From contig CALVUP010000002.1 in the NCBI GenBank assembly GCA_944363635.1, positions 21,974 through 85,973 on the forward strand: DNA of 64,000 nt. The letters are read 5' to 3'. The notes beneath the pieces were generated by a model. It did no database searches. It saw only the letters and a program-made list of their open reading frames with translations, and had not been told where the DNA came from. Shown one piece after another: positions 7,427-18,729 of the stretch (position 1 is the first letter of the stretch; each line of letters starts with the position of its first letter). The stretch is from an uncultured Bacilli bacterium (lineage in GTDB: Bacteria > Bacillota_I > Bacilli_A > RF39 > UBA660). A program made the position numbers and the translations under genes.

Positions 7427-9886
7427 TTAAACTTCTTCTTTTTCTTCCTCAATATCAATATTATTTGTGTCTTCTTCCTGTTCTACAATAGCAATTGTTG
7501 ATACTTTTTGATTATCCTTTAAATGAATTAATCTTACACCTTGCGTAGATCTTTTTAATGTTGATACTTGTTCAAGAGGCATTTTTATAATAATTCCACT
7601 ATCAGTAATAATCATAATATCAAAGTTTTTGTTTTTATCTACACACTTCAAAGAAACCATCATTCCATTTTTCTCTGTGATATTTAATGCTTTAACACCT
7701 TTGCTACCTCTATGTGTTAATCGATACTCATCAATATCTGTTTGTTTTCCATATCCATTTTCAGTAACAACTAAAATATTACTATCTGTTTGAACGACTT
7801 CTCCACTAATAACACAACTATTGTCTAAGTCAATTCCTTTTACTCCAGATGCTGATCGGCCCATTACACGAATTTCGCTTTCTTTAAATCGAACCAATCG
7901 ACCATTATTCGCACCAATAATAATTTCATTATTACCAGTTGTCGCGCGTACACTAATTAATTCATCTTCTTCACGAAGAGTAATTGCGAGTTTTCCTGAT
8001 TTTCGAATTCGATCAAATTCGTTTAAAACCGTTCTCTTAACAATTCCGAATTTAGTAATAAACACTAAGTATTTATTTACTTCGTTATCACGAGATAGTC
8101 CAATTATCGAACTAATGTTCTCATTTTTCTCTAGTGGTAATAAATTGACAATCGGCAATCCCTTTGATTGTCTACTAAATTCTGGCACTTCATAACCTTT
8201 TATTCTATAAACTCTACCTTTATTCGAGAAGAATAATAAATAATCATGCGTTTTCATAGATATCAAGTGTTCGACAAAATCCTCCCCATTGGTAGACATC
8301 CCTTTAACACCAACTCCACCTCTATTTTGTGTTTTATATGTATTGTATTTCAATCTCTTTATATATCCTTTATTCGTCAATGTAACAATTACATCTTCAT
8401 TTGGAATTAACGATTCATCTTCTATATAATCAATAGCTGTCATATCAATGCTTGTTCTTCTTTCATCTCCATATTTATTCTTAATTTCAAGCATTTCTTT
8501 TTTAATAATTTCAAGAACTTTAGCTTCACTAGCTAAAATAGATCTTAATTCATCAATTTCTGCTAATAATTCTTTTAATTCATTTTCAATTTTATCTCTT
8601 TCTAAGCCAGTTAATCTTCTAAGTTTCATTTCAAGTATAGCTTGTCCTTGAGGTTCTGTTAAAGCAAAACGACTCATCAATCCTGCTAAAGCTTCAGTAT
8701 CACTTTTAGATTCTCTTATTAATTTAACAATAGCATCAATATGATCTAAAGCAATCTTTAAGCCTTCTAATATATGTGCTCTTTTTTCATCTTTATCCAA
8801 ATCAAATTTTGTTCTTCTAATAATGATTTCTTTTTGATAATCAATATATTTAGCAATAATATCTTTTAAACCTAAAGTTTTAGGGACTCCTTGATCTAAC
8901 ATCAAAAAGATAATACCATAATTTGTTTGAAAAGCTGTATGCTTATATAGATTGTTTAATACAACTTGTGGATTTGCATCTTTTTTTAATGTTATGGTTA
9001 TTTTGACACCATCTTTTAAATCCGTATGATAATCTGTAATGCCATCAATAACTTTATTATGAACCAATTCTGCAACTTTATTTTTTAATTCTAAAGTATT
9101 AATTCCATAAGGAACCTCATCCACAATAATATAATGTCTACCATTTTTTTCTTCAATAGTAGCTCGACTGCGAATAGTAATAGTTCCTCGTCCGGTTTCA
9201 TAGGCTTTTTTAATTCCACTATTTCCTAAGATAATTCCGCCCGTTGGAAAGTCTGGACCCTTTATATATTGCATTAATCCATCTAAATCAATATCCGGAT
9301 TATCAATGTATGCTACACACCCATCGATAACTTCTCCTAAATTATGAGGTGGAATATTCGTAGCCATACCAACAGCAATTCCCATAGTCCCATTTACTAA
9401 AATATTAGGAAAACGAGAAGGAAGAATCTCTGGTTCTTTCTCAGATTCATCAAAGTTAGGTATAAAATTTACTGTATCTTTATTAATATTTCTTAATAAT
9501 TCTAAAGAAATTTTAGAAAGCCTTGATTCGGTATAACGCATAGCTGCAGCCCCATATCCTTCGATATTTCCGAAATTACCATGGCCATCTACAAGCATAT
9601 AACGATAAGAAAAATCTTGTGCCATTCTTACCATAGCTTCATAAATAGAAGAATCTCCATGTGGATGATATTTTCCCATAACATCTCCAACAATTCTAGC
9701 ACTTTTTTTATGAGGTTTATCTGGAGTATATCCTGATTCATACATAGAATATAAAATTCTTCGATGTACTGGTTTTAATCCATCTCTTAAATCAGGTAAT
9801 GCTCTAGCAACAATAACACTCATTGAATACTCAAGAAATGAATCTCTAACTTCTTTAACTATATTGTTTTTTTCTAATCTATCCAT
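7427..9886 (-). CDS. gyrA: DNA gyrase subunit A
   Basis: 819 aa, catalytic tyrosine region AAMRYTE, C-terminal beta-pinwheel repeats. Confidence 0.95.
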   Translation of the reverse strand: MDRLEKNNIVKEVRDSFLEYSMSVIVARALPDLRDGLKPVHRRILYSMYESGYTPDKPHKKSARIVGDVMGKYHPHGDSSIYEAMVRMAQDFSYRYMLVDGHGNFGNIEGYGAAAMRYTESRLSKISLELLRNINKDTVNFIPNFDESEKEPEILPSRFPNILVNGTMGIAVGMATNIPPHNLGEVIDGCVAYIDNPDIDLDGLMQYIKGPDFPTGGIILGNSGIKKAYETGRGTITIRSRATIEEKNGRHYIIVDEVPYGINTLELKNKVAELVHNKVIDGITDYHTDLKDGVKITITLKKDANPQVVLNNLYKHTAFQTNYGIIFLMLDQGVPKTLGLKDIIAKYIDYQKEIIIRRTKFDLDKDEKRAHILEGLKIALDHIDAIVKLIRESKSDTEALAGLMSRFALTEPQGQAILEMKLRRLTGLERDKIENELKELLAEIDELRSILASEAKVLEIIKKEMLEIKNKYGDERRTSIDMTAIDYIEDESLIPNEDVIVTLTNKGYIKRLKYNTYKTQNRGGVGVKGMSTNGEDFVEHLISMKTHDYLLFFSNKGRVYRIKGYEVPEFSRQSKGLPIVNLLPLEKNENISSIIGLSRDNEVNKYLVFITKFGIVKRTVLNEFDRIRKSGKLAITLREEDELISVRATTGNNEIIIGANNGRLVRFKESEIRVMGRSASGVKGIDLDNSCVISGEVVQTDSNILVVTENGYGKQTDIDEYRLTHRGSKGVKALNITEKNGMMVSLKCVDKNKNFDIMIITDSGIIIKMPLEQVSTLKRSTQGVRLIHLKDNQKVSTIAIVEQEEDTNNIDIEEEKEEV

Positions 9887-9896
9887 GTTTTACCTC

Positions 9897-11822
9897 CTAA
9901 ATATCAAGATTCTGAACATAAACGGCATTTTCTTCAATAAATTTTCTCCTTGGTTCAACTTCTTCTCCCATTAATTTTGAAAAAGTATCATCCGCAGACA
10001 TTGCATCCTCAACAGTAATTTGCCTTAAAACACGTTTTTCTATGTCCATTGTTGTTTCATTTAATTCTTCCGCATCCATTTCTCCTAAACCTTTCATACG
10101 CATAATGTCATATTTCGTATTTGGAGATAATGTTTTTAGATATTCATCTCTTTCTTGTTCATTTAAAACATATTTGATTGTTTTTCCATGCTTGATTACA
10201 AATAATGGCGGTTGTGCGGCATAAACATGCCCTGCTTCTACAATTGGTCTAAAAAATCGATAAAATAAAGTCAATAATAAAACACGAATATGAGATCCAT
10301 CAACATCAGCATCAGTCATAATTATAATTTTATCGTATCTTAGTTTACTTAAATCAAAATCATCACCAATACCGGTTCCAAAAGCAGTAATAATGGTTCT
10401 GATTTCTTCGTTAGATAAAGCACGATCCAATCTAGCTTTTTCAACATTTAATATTTTGCCTCTTAATGGAAGAATTGCTTGTCTCATACTATCTCTTCCT
10501 TTAATAGCAGAACCTCCTGCGGAATCTCCTTCGACCAAAAAGATTTCACATTCAGAAGGATCTTTACTCTTACAATCTGAAAGTTTTCCATAGAAATTGG
10601 TAATATCCAAATCTCCTTTTCTTCGTGTTAATTCACGTGCTTTTTTAGCAGCAACTCGAGCACGAGAAGCGGTCATTCCTTTATCTATAATGACACGTGC
10701 TTGATCTGGATTTTCCATTAAAAATCTTTCTAAAGCAGCAGAAAAGATTCGATCAGCAATTCCTCGACATTCACTATTTCCAAGTTTTGTTTTTGTTTGC
10801 CCTTCAAACTGTGGATTTGGATGTTTAATGGAAATAATCATAGTTAAACCTTCTTTAACATCTTCTCCACTTAATGGATCATCTTTTTCTTTTAAAATAC
10901 CTGCATCTTTCGCATATTTATTCAAAACCCTGGTTAAAGCTCTTTTAACTCCATCCTCATGAGTTCCACCTTCTGGGGTATTAATATTATTTACAAAAGA
11001 ATAAATATTGGAATTATAAGACTCGTTATATTGTAAAGAAACTTCTAAAGAAATATCCTTTTCACTACCATTACAAGAAATAATCGTTTCATGAATAGGC
11101 TTTTTATCTTTATTTAATAACGCTACATACTCATCAATTCCACCTTCATAATGAAAAGAATCCTTTTTATTATCTTCTCTACAATCATATAAAGAAATTC
11201 TTAATCCCTTATTTAAAAAAGCCAACTCACGAAGTCTTGTTTTTAAAACATCGTAATCAAATATAGTAGTCTCAGTAAAAATATCTGGATCAGGTTTAAA
11301 AATGACCGTTGTACCTGTTCGATCAGTAGGACAAGTATCAATAATTTTTAATTCTTCTACTGGATGTCCTCCGTGAGTATATCTTTGAAAGTAAACATTT
11401 CCATTCTTATATACACGAACTTCCAACCATTCACTTAAAGCATTAACAACACTAGCTCCAACACCATGTAAACCACCAGAGACTTTATATCCGCCTCCAC
11501 CAAATTTACCTCCTGCATGTAACACAGTATATACCGTTTCAACTGTACTTTTTCCTGTTTTAGGATGAATATCTACAGGTATACCTCTTCCATCATCCTT
11601 TACAGTAATAGTATTTTCTTTACCAATTTCAACCTCAATATGTGTACAATATCCAGCTAATGCTTCATCAATTGCATTATCAACAATTTCCCACACCAAA
11701 TGATGTAACCCTCTAGAACTCGTTGTACCAATATACATACCCGGTCTTTTTCGTACAGCTTCTAGTCCTTCTAAAACTTGAATAGATGAAGAATCATAAG
11801 ATTCATTTTTTACATTTTCCAT
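9897..11822 (-). CDS. gyrB: DNA gyrase subunit B
   Basis: 641 aa, GHKL ATPase, Toprim [19 protein letters not shown] motifs. Confidence 0.95.
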   Translation of the reverse strand: MENVKNESYDSSSIQVLEGLEAVRKRPGMYIGTTSSRGLHHLVWEIVDNAIDEALAGYCTHIEVEIGKENTITVKDDGRGIPVDIHPKTGKSTVETVYTVLHAGGKFGGGGYKVSGGLHGVGASVVNALSEWLEVRVYKNGNVYFQRYTHGGHPVEELKIIDTCPTDRTGTTVIFKPDPDIFTETTIFDYDVLKTRLRELAFLNKGLRISLYDCREDNKKDSFHYEGGIDEYVALLNKDKKPIHETIISCNGSEKDISLEVSLQYNESYNSNIYSFVNNINTPEGGTHEDGVKRALTRVLNKYAKDAGILKEKDDPLSGEDVKEGLTMIISIKHPNPQFEGQTKTKLGNSECRGIADRIFSAALERFLMENPDQARVIIDKGMTASRARVAAKKARELTRRKGDLDITNFYGKLSDCKSKDPSECEIFLVEGDSAGGSAIKGRDSMRQAILPLRGKILNVEKARLDRALSNEEIRTIITAFGTGIGDDFDLSKLRYDKIIIMTDADVDGSHIRVLLLTLFYRFFRPIVEAGHVYAAQPPLFVIKHGKTIKYVLNEQERDEYLKTLSPNTKYDIMRMKGLGEMDAEELNETTMDIEKRVLRQITVEDAMSADDTFSKLMGEEVEPRRKFIEENAVYVQNLDI

Positions 11823-11825
11823 AAA

Positions 11826-12935
11826 TTACCTTCTTTCTATTTTTCCTGCTGTCACTTTAAAAACAAAAGCATCTTTGATTATTTTTTTACTCAAACCTCT
11901 TAAATCTGTTGCAGTAATAATGGTTTGAATATCTTTGTTAATAAATTGAATCAATTTATTTTTCTTGGACTTATCTATTTCACTAAAAATATCATCCAAC
12001 AATAGTATAGGACTTGTATTTGTCTTTTCTTTAAAAATATCAATTTCTGCTAACTTTAAACAAATAACACTCAATCTTTGTTGGCCCTGAGAACCAAACA
12101 ATTTTAAATTTTCTTCTCCAATAAAAAACTCAAAATCATCTCGATGTGGTCCATACAGAGTCATACCTTGCAACAATTCTTTTTTATAATTTTCCTTATA
12201 TTTTTTTCTTAATTTTTCTTTAATATTTTCTTCGTTGAAATCTTCAATATCACAATTATTTAAATACTTAATCCATAATCCTTTTACACCAGCAATTTCA
12301 TAGTATAAAGATGAAATATTTTGATTAATTTTATCTATAAATTTTTGTCTCGATTGATAAATAATAACTGCTTTTTCAATCAATCTTTCTGTAAGTATAT
12401 CTAAATATTTTTCATCACGAAAATGATTAATATATAACATTTTTAAATATTCATTTCTGTTTTTTAATAATTTGTTATATTCATTTAAAGTTGTTATATA
12501 AGAATGGGAAATTTGACTGATTTCTATATTTAATAAATTTCTTCGAACAGAAGGAGAACCTTTAATAATTTCTAAATCATCTGGAGTAAATAAAATGACA
12601 TTCAAATTTGAAATATAATCTGAAATTCTTTTAATAGGGGTTTTATTTTTAAAAACTTTTTTTTCATTTTTAGTAATTTGAATTTCTAAAGTTTCCAAAA
12701 TTCGATCTTTTTTAATTTTTCCTTCTATTTTTAGAGAATTTTTTCCATAAAGAATTAAATTAGATTCATTTACATTGCGATGTGATTTTGTTAAAGCTAA
12801 AACATATATACTTTCAAGAATATTAGTCTTTCCTTGAGCATTATTCCCTATGAAAATATTGATTTTATTATTTAATGGAACAGAAACTTTCTCATAATTT
12901 CTATAATTTACTAAATTTATTTTTTTTAAAATCAC
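11826..12935 (-). CDS. recF: DNA replication/repair protein RecF
   Basis: Walker A GNNAQGKTN, SMC-like signature, 369 aa, between gyrB and dnaN. Confidence 0.9.
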   Translation of the reverse strand: MILKKINLVNYRNYEKVSVPLNNKINIFIGNNAQGKTNILESIYVLALTKSHRNVNESNLILYGKNSLKIEGKIKKDRILETLEIQITKNEKKVFKNKTPIKRISDYISNLNVILFTPDDLEIIKGSPSVRRNLLNIEISQISHSYITTLNEYNKLLKNRNEYLKMLYINHFRDEKYLDILTERLIEKAVIIYQSRQKFIDKINQNISSLYYEIAGVKGLWIKYLNNCDIEDFNEENIKEKLRKKYKENYKKELLQGMTLYGPHRDDFEFFIGEENLKLFGSQGQQRLSVICLKLAEIDIFKEKTNTSPILLLDDIFSEIDKSKKNKLIQFINKDIQTIITATDLRGLSKKIIKDAFVFKVTAGKIERR

Positions 12936-13055
12936 GTTATTGCTATAAAAATGCTCATAAAATCACCTTTTACTGTTTTCTAATACTCCTATACATACAT
13001 ATTTATTATAACATATACAGACAAAAAAAAGAACATTTTTGCCCTTTTTCTAAAA

Positions 13056-13529
13056 TTATTTCATAAAATAGATATTCTTTTGATCCGTCGTACGATTTCT
13101 TAGTACCGATTCTAATCTTGTGGATCGTAAAATCTGATTTTCAATAGATCGATAAGAAACAGGAACATTCATTTTTTTCCCTTCTTTAAAATAAAGGTTT
13201 GTTGTATGATTTTCTCCTTTTTCTATTTTTTGAATATTATGCAAGGAAATCCAGATACAAGAATCTAATGCAGGTGATTCCGTTGGGAAAAAAATAATAT
13301 AATTTTCTTCTTTTACTATAATAGGTACTTTATAACTAGAACCTAATATATTTTGACTTCCACCTTTTCGCCCTTCATATGTGCTTCCAAAATATTGACA
13401 ACTCGCATCCATAATTTCATATGGATTTTTCTCCACAACAAATTCATAATCCTTTTCTAATACTTTCGTTTTCTTTTTATCAATTGGTAAAATAACTAAA
13501 GTATCCTCATTAATTTCATAACTTTTCAT
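13056..13529 (-). CDS. comK: ComK-family competence transcription factor homologue
   Basis: SYEINEDTLVILP, CQYFGSTYEGRKGGS, IIFFPTESP..C.WIS and VPVSYRSIENQ blocks align with B. subtilis ComK (SYEVNGATIAVLP, CRFFGSSYAGRKAGT, IFLFPT, LPISYNSFENQ). Confidence 0.75.
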   Translation of the reverse strand: MKSYEINEDTLVILPIDKKKTKVLEKDYEFVVEKNPYEIMDASCQYFGSTYEGRKGGSQNILGSSYKVPIIVKEENYIIFFPTESPALDSCIWISLHNIQKIEKGENHTTNLYFKEGKKMNVPVSYRSIENQILRSTRLESVLRNRTTDQKNIYFMK

Positions 13530-13544
13530 AAAATTCCCCCTAAA

Positions 13545-13610
13545 TAAAAAAATTCTACATTAAATGTAGTGTTTTTAAAATAACACATAAAAATGTAGAA
13601 TTTTGTTGAA
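13545..13610. promoter_or_regulatory. Nested AT-rich inverted repeats upstream of comK and downstream of dnaN
   Basis: AAATTCTACATT ... AATGTAGAATTT outer dyad enclosing CTACATTAAATGTAG and GTGTTTTTAAAATAACAC dyads. A/T tracts resemble ComK AT-box architecture, but the function is unproven. Confidence 0.3.
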
Positions 13611-13612
13611 TT

Positions 13613-14731
13613 TTAATAGGTTCGTATTGGTAATACCAATTCTGTTAAAGTTTTATCTTCGTCTGAATTTAAAATAATAGGTTTAACTTCTCCAAAGAAA
13701 CAAATATCCACAGTTTCTGTTGAAAAAGCTTTTAAAGCATCCATCATATATTTAGAACTAAAAGAAATTTTAATATTTTCTTTCATTGTATTGTTAATCA
13801 TCATTTTTTCTTCTACTTTACCAATTTCTGCAACAAAAGAACGCAAAGTTAAATGATTATCTTCGATCTCTAAAGTAATAATATTTTTTTCTTTATCTGT
13901 AGATAAGATACTTGTTCGATCGATAGTATTATAAAATAGATCCTTATCTACATTTACTTTTAATATAGGATCTTCTGGAATTAAATTTGAAGTATTTGGA
14001 TAAGTGCCACTAATTAATCTTGTTTGAAATAATAAATTATTATATTTAAATAGAAGTTTATTATTAAAAATATTAATTTCTATATCCACATCTTCTGTTA
14101 ATATTTTAGAAAATTCCAACAAGTTTTTACTAGGAATAATTAAATTAAAGGATTCTTTATTATCACTTAAATTCACAATTTTTCTAGACAAACGATAAGA
14201 ATCAGTAGAATTACATTCTAATAGATCTCCTGTAATATTAAAATTAATTCCAGTTAAAGAAGGTTTAGACTCATCCGTACTTGCTGCAAAACAAGTTTGA
14301 TTGATAATTTCATTAAATAAATCTCTGCTTAGTTTTACTTTATTTTTGCTTTCTTCCAAATGAATCGTAGGATATTCTTTTTTATTAATTCCATTTAGAT
14401 TAAATTCACTATTTTCAGTATAAATGATTACTTTAGAATCATCTATAATTTCTATATTTATATACTCATCTGGTAATTTACGAACAATATCTAATATATA
14501 TTTCCCTTGAATAACAATACTTCCTTCTTCTTTAATTTCTAAATTTTCGTTATCTTCGTTTAAATGGGTTTGAATGGTTATATCATTATCGGATGCTGTA
14601 AGTATTAATTGATTGTCTTTCGCATCAAAACAGATTCCAGATAAAACAGGTATGATATTTTTGCTAGATAAAGCTTTTGATACTTTATTTAATTCTTCTA
14701 ATAAAATCACTTTTTTCACTTTTAATTTCAT
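13613..14731 (-). CDS. dnaN: DNA polymerase III beta sliding clamp
   Basis: 372 aa, three-domain clamp, immediately downstream of dnaA. Confidence 0.9.
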   Translation of the reverse strand: MKLKVKKVILLEELNKVSKALSSKNIIPVLSGICFDAKDNQLILTASDNDITIQTHLNEDNENLEIKEEGSIVIQGKYILDIVRKLPDEYINIEIIDDSKVIIYTENSEFNLNGINKKEYPTIHLEESKNKVKLSRDLFNEIINQTCFAASTDESKPSLTGINFNITGDLLECNSTDSYRLSRKIVNLSDNKESFNLIIPSKNLLEFSKILTEDVDIEINIFNNKLLFKYNNLLFQTRLISGTYPNTSNLIPEDPILKVNVDKDLFYNTIDRTSILSTDKEKNIITLEIEDNHLTLRSFVAEIGKVEEKMMINNTMKENIKISFSSKYMMDALKAFSTETVDICFFGEVKPIILNSDEDKTLTELVLPIRTY

Positions 14732-14854
14732 ATTATCACTCTTTCTTTTTTATATTTTTATTATTATTACTGTGGAAATTGTTGATAACCTCTTTTTACT
14801 CTTATTTTATAATGTTTTTGTTTATTATCCCCTGTTTATTTCTTGTAGATAATT

Positions 14855-16225
14855 TTATTTTTTTGAACAACTATCAATTTCTTTTTGTAAAATATCAATA
14901 ATTTGCCGTAATTCAGGATTTACTTTTAGTTCCCTTTCTATTTTATCACAAGAATGGATGACTGTCGAATGATCTTTACCTCCAAATTCAATTCCTAGTT
15001 TAGGAAAAGACTCATCTGTGCAATTCCTACAAAGATACATAGCAATTTGTCTTGGAAAAGCAACATTATAGTTTCTTTTCTTGCTTTTTAGATCTTCTAT
15101 GGATATTTTAAAATATTCTGCTACAATTCTTTGTATTTTATGAACATCATCTTTTTCATATGAACCTTTACTAACATAATCCGTTAGCGCATCCATTGCT
15201 AGATCAACTGTGATATCACATCCCCCCATCATAGAAGAATAAGCAAGCAAACGATTAATAGATCCTTCCAATTGTCTTACATCACCACTAACATTAAATG
15301 CAATATATTCAATTACATCTTCTGGAATATTTTTTTCAATGATGGAAGCTGCTATTTTTTTCTTCACAATGGCAACTCTTAAATCAAAGTTTGGTGGTTG
15401 AATATCAACCGTAATTCCCCAACAAAATCTTGTTTTTAATCGATCTTCAAGTTTTTTTAAATCATCCGGAGAACGATCAGAAGAAATAATAATTTGCTTG
15501 TTACTATTATATAAAGAATTAAAAGTATGAAAAAATTCTTGTTGCGATTGTGTCGTTCCACCTAAAAACTGGATATCATCGATAATTAAAACATCAATAT
15601 TACGATATTTATCTTTAAAAAGATCGATTACATCTAGATTATTACTATTATTTTTTTTATTAATTCCAACAAAATCTTCAATAAATTTATCACTTGTAAC
15701 ATATAAAACCTTTTTATTCGAATGTTCCGTTATATAATTTCCAATTGCATGCATTAAATGTGTTTTTCCTAAACCACTATTCCCATATATAAATAAAGGA
15801 TTATAAATACTACCTGGATTTTCCGCAACTGCAACAGCTGTCGCATGAGCTAATCGATTACTATTTCCAACGACAAAATTTTCAAAAGTATATTTTTTAA
15901 TAAGATTGGTCTCAAAATGATTGTTTATTTCATTGTGTATATTATTATTTATTTTTTCTTCTTGCTTCATATCCATGATTTCATCTTGAAGAAAATATTC
16001 AATATTTTTATAATCCGTATAAATTGTGGATAAAGTTTCATCAATAATATCTTTATATTTATCATGAAGATGCGTTTTGTGGATAGACATTGGCACAATT
16101 ACTCGAAAAATACCATTATCTATATCATATAAAGAAGTGTCTTTAAACCATGTTTCATAGGATAATGTTGATATTTTATCTTTAATTTTTTCTAAAAAAT
16201 TGTCCCAAATGATTTTATAATTCAT
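14855..16225 (-). CDS. dnaA: chromosomal replication initiator DnaA
   Basis: AAA+ Walker A GNSGLGKTHL and C-terminal DNA-binding domain. Start taken at MNYKIIWDNF (ATG 16223-16225) because the track's upstream codons encode the RBS GGGAGGTG. Confidence 0.95.
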   Translation of the reverse strand: MNYKIIWDNFLEKIKDKISTLSYETWFKDTSLYDIDNGIFRVIVPMSIHKTHLHDKYKDIIDETLSTIYTDYKNIEYFLQDEIMDMKQEEKINNNIHNEINNHFETNLIKKYTFENFVVGNSNRLAHATAVAVAENPGSIYNPLFIYGNSGLGKTHLMHAIGNYITEHSNKKVLYVTSDKFIEDFVGINKKNNSNNLDVIDLFKDKYRNIDVLIIDDIQFLGGTTQSQQEFFHTFNSLYNSNKQIIISSDRSPDDLKKLEDRLKTRFCWGITVDIQPPNFDLRVAIVKKKIAASIIEKNIPEDVIEYIAFNVSGDVRQLEGSINRLLAYSSMMGGCDITVDLAMDALTDYVSKGSYEKDDVHKIQRIVAEYFKISIEDLKSKKRNYNVAFPRQIAMYLCRNCTDESFPKLGIEFGGKDHSTVIHSCDKIERELKVNPELRQIIDILQKEIDSCSKK

Positions 16226-16321
16226 TTTTTTCAACACCTCCCCGCCTGAAAATAAAGGTTTGATTACCATTATTCTAAAACAAATACACAGAAAAATAAA
16301 GTAAAAAAAACATAATTTTTT

Positions 16322-16439
16322 TTATTCACAATAAATTCACAGGATTATCCACAATTATTTTCCTTATATAATAAAGAATTTATAAATTTTCCACAAATAT
16401 GAATTTCTTTTTCCACAAGAGATTTAAAAATTATTCACA
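16322..16439 (+). other. oriC: oriC DnaA-box cluster (six TTWTYCACA boxes, same orientation)
   Basis: TTATTCACA 16322, AAATTCACA 16333, TTATCCACA 16345 (perfect), TTTTCCACA 16387, TTTTCCACA 16409, TTATTCACA 16431. All lie in the AT-rich dnaA-rpmH intergenic region. Confidence 0.8.
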
Positions 16440-16493
16440 AGATTGTGCATATGTGCAAAAAATAGAAAATAAAATAAAAATAATTGGTTTATA

Positions 16494-16522
16494 TTGACAA
16501 AATCAATAAAAATTATTACAAT
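16494..16522 (+). promoter_or_regulatory. rpmH promoter (TTGACA-17 nt-TACAAT)
   Basis: Consensus -35, 17-nt spacer and near-consensus -10, about 30 nt upstream of rpmH. Confidence 0.55.
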
Positions 16523-16552
16523 AATGTAGATTTATGTCTGGAGGTGGAAAAT

Positions 16553-16675
16553 ATGAAAAGAACATATCAACCAAATAATAGAAAAAAATCTAAAAAGCAT
16601 GGTTTCTTCGCAAGAATGAAAGCTAATATAATCAATCGCCGTCGTAAGAAAGGACGTAAGAGATTATCTAAATAG
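16553..16675 (+). CDS. rpmH: 50S ribosomal protein L34
   Basis: [22 protein letters not shown]..., RBS GGAGGTGG. The track ORF is N-terminally over-extended. Confidence 0.95.
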   Translation: MKRTYQPNNRKKSKKHGFFARMKANIINRRRKKGRKRLSK

Positions 16676-16723
16676 TCCACTGTTAAAACCAGTGGTTTTT
16701 TCGTATTAAAAGGAAGTGCCCAT

Positions 16724-17071
16724 ATGAAAAAAATAAATATTATAAAAGAGAATAAAACATTTAATCAAATAATAAACTTAAATAAATGTGTGAAAGATAA
16801 AAATTTCATTATTTATTATAATTATAATCCAGAAAATAACAATTATCGCTTTGGTATTTCAGTAGGCAAAAAAATAGGACATGCTGTTATAAGAAATAAA
16901 TACAAACGAAAAATAAGAAATATTATTGATAATAATAAAAAACTCTATGCAAAAAAACTAGATTATATTATAATAGTAAGAAAGAACTGTTTAAATTTAA
17001 CTTTTTTGGAAATGGAAAAAAGTTTTATTCAATTGATTAATAAAATAAAGAAAGAGGATCTATATGATTAA
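16724..17071 (+). CDS. rnpA: RNase P protein component
   Basis: 115 aa, basic protein; rpmH-rnpA-yidC synteny. Confidence 0.85.
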   Translation: MKKINIIKENKTFNQIINLNKCVKDKNFIIYYNYNPENNNYRFGISVGKKIGHAVIRNKYKRKIRNIIDNNKKLYAKKLDYIIIVRKNCLNLTFLEMEKSFIQLINKIKKEDLYD

Positions 17072-18005
17072 GAAAATAACAAGAGTATTTTTAATAGGAA
17101 TTATTTTATTTTCTTTAACAGGTTGTACAAAAACACTTATTGATGAAGATAATAAAGCTGTTAAAAATCCAGTCACAGGGCAAACGTTAACTGAAAATAT
17201 TATTTGTAAGCCACAGGATGAAAAAACAATAGAAGTTTATAAAGAACATGATATTGATATTGATCAATTACCAGAGTGTCATGATTTAAAAATAAATAGT
17301 GGTTCTTATGAAGGCCTTTGGACAAATATTTTTGTAGAACCTTTAGCATGGTTTATCATTCAAGTTGGAAATGTAGTAAAAAATTATGGCTTAGCTTTAA
17401 TTATTACAAGTTTGCTTATTCGATTTATCGTATTGCCTTTAACCAGAAAAAGTGCTATGCAATCTGAATTGTTAAAAGAGGCTCAAAAAGATTTAAATAA
17501 AATTGAAAAGAAATATATAAACAAAACCGATCAAGAATCTTTAATGAAAAAAAGTCAAGAAATGACAATGGTTTATAAGAAACATGGAATTAATCCTGTA
17601 GCTGGATGTTTGGTTGCATTTATTCAATTACCATTGTTTATTGCTTTCTTTGAAGCCATTAATCGAGTTCCAGCTATTTTTGAAGATCACTTTTTATGGA
17701 TGCAAATGGGAACAACACCATGGGTTGGAATTACATCTGGCAATTTTGTTTATTTGCTTTTATTAATTGCTATTGCAGCAACAACGTATTTCAGCTTTAA
17801 ATTTTCAGCTGCAGATTCTATGGCTTCCACAGGATCACAAATGGGTACTATGAAAAAAATGCCTCTTATTATGACCATAGTAATTGTTATAATGGGAATG
17901 TTTATGACTTCTGCTATAGGAATTTATTGGGTAACAACCAACTTATTTACAGTTGTTCAAAATATATTAATTAAAAGGAGTCGTGAAAAAAATGAAAAAA
18001 TATAA
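17064..18005 (+). CDS. yidC: membrane protein insertase YidC/OxaA (lipoprotein type)
   Basis: Lipobox LTGC followed by a multi-TM 60-kDa-IMP core; synteny. Confidence 0.85.
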   Translation: MIKKITRVFLIGIILFSLTGCTKTLIDEDNKAVKNPVTGQTLTENIICKPQDEKTIEVYKEHDIDIDQLPECHDLKINSGSYEGLWTNIFVEPLAWFIIQVGNVVKNYGLALIITSLLIRFIVLPLTRKSAMQSELLKEAQKDLNKIEKKYINKTDQESLMKKSQEMTMVYKKHGINPVAGCLVAFIQLPLFIAFFEAINRVPAIFEDHFLWMQMGTTPWVGITSGNFVYLLLLIAIAATTYFSFKFSAADSMASTGSQMGTMKKMPLIMTIVIVIMGMFMTSAIGIYWVTTNLFTVVQNILIKRSREKNEKI

Positions 18006-18603
18006 ATATAGTGCCAAAACAGAAGCTGCTGCTAAAGAGCAAGCTTTATATGATTTAAAAACAGTAGAAAATAATATTGTCTATACGACCAAAGAGGTAA
18101 AAGCGGGTCTTTTTGGTAAAAAAATCGAAATAGAAGTCATAAAAAAAGATGAAATTATAGAATTTATAAAAGAAAATTTATTAAATATTGTTTCTAAAAT
18201 GGGCATTGAAGCAAAAATTGAAGTCAAAAATAGAGAGGATTCCTTAAATTTTGTTATTTATGGTGATCAAAATGCATTGTTAATAGGAAAACAAGGAAAA
18301 AATTTGCAAGCTTTAACAATAATTTTAAAACAAATTGTACTACAAGAAATTGGACAACCTTTTCGTTTTAATTTAGATGTTGGTGAATATAAATTAAAAA
18401 GACAAAAAGAATTGGAAAGATTAGCTAAAAAAACGGCTAAGGAAGTTGTAAGAACCAAAATAGAAGCTAAGATGGATTCTATGAATTCTTATGAAAGAAG
18501 AATTGTACATAATATTTTAAATGATTGGAAGACGGTTTATACTGAAAGTGAAGGAGAAGAACCAAATCGTTATGTCGTGATTAAACCAAAAGAAGAAAAA
18601 TAA
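17992..18603 (+). CDS. khpB: Jag/KhpB RNA-binding protein (KH + R3H)
   Basis: C-terminal R3H motif and Jag_N domain. ATG 17992 has an AGGAG RBS 11 nt upstream; the track's GTG 17983 has none. Confidence 0.8.
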   Translation: MKKYKYSAKTEAAAKEQALYDLKTVENNIVYTTKEVKAGLFGKKIEIEVIKKDEIIEFIKENLLNIVSKMGIEAKIEVKNREDSLNFVIYGDQNALLIGKQGKNLQALTIILKQIVLQEIGQPFRFNLDVGEYKLKRQKELERLAKKTAKEVVRTKIEAKMDSMNSYERRIVHNILNDWKTVYTESEGEEPNRYVVIKPKEEK

Positions 18604-18632
18604 GAAGGTAAATCTACGGAATGTGATTGCAT

Positions 18633-18656
18633 AAGACAAATTTTGTCTTTTTTTTA
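18633..18656 (+). terminator. rho-independent terminator after khpB
   Basis: AGACAAA/TTTGTCT stem followed by a T8 run. Confidence 0.6.
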
Positions 18657-18669
18657 TTTCCCGGGAAAT
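18656..18669. promoter_or_regulatory. NBS site ATTTCCCGGGAAAT (extended TTATTTCCCGGGAAATAA)
   Basis: Perfect NBS consensus directly after the khpB terminator, ~60 bp upstream of mnmE. Confidence 0.6.
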
Positions 18670-18729
18670 AATTTATTGAAAAAAGAAAGGGATTGTAATA
18701 TAATACGTATGAGTTAGGGAGGGATTTTT

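Noticed and set aside
12875-13066. Short ORFs 12875-13066, 14613-14901, 22484-22690, 28441-28689, 35564-35764, 37039-37254, 38235-38627, 39735-40280, 45637-45819, 48833-49024, 49099-49569, 58000-58185, 59123-59317, 60951-61163
   Set aside because: They overlap real genes or intergenic AT-rich spacers, with no RBS and low-complexity products; treated as spurious.
16484-16675. Over-extended N-termini in the ORF track (16484 rpmH, 29870 rpsF, 30606 rpsR, 34160 MBL, 46933 prfA, 53078 rpmE, 60677 hpf, 14855-16270 dnaA)
   Set aside because: Conserved N-terminal sequences and properly spaced Shine-Dalgarno motifs indicate internal start codons. Coordinates were adjusted accordingly.
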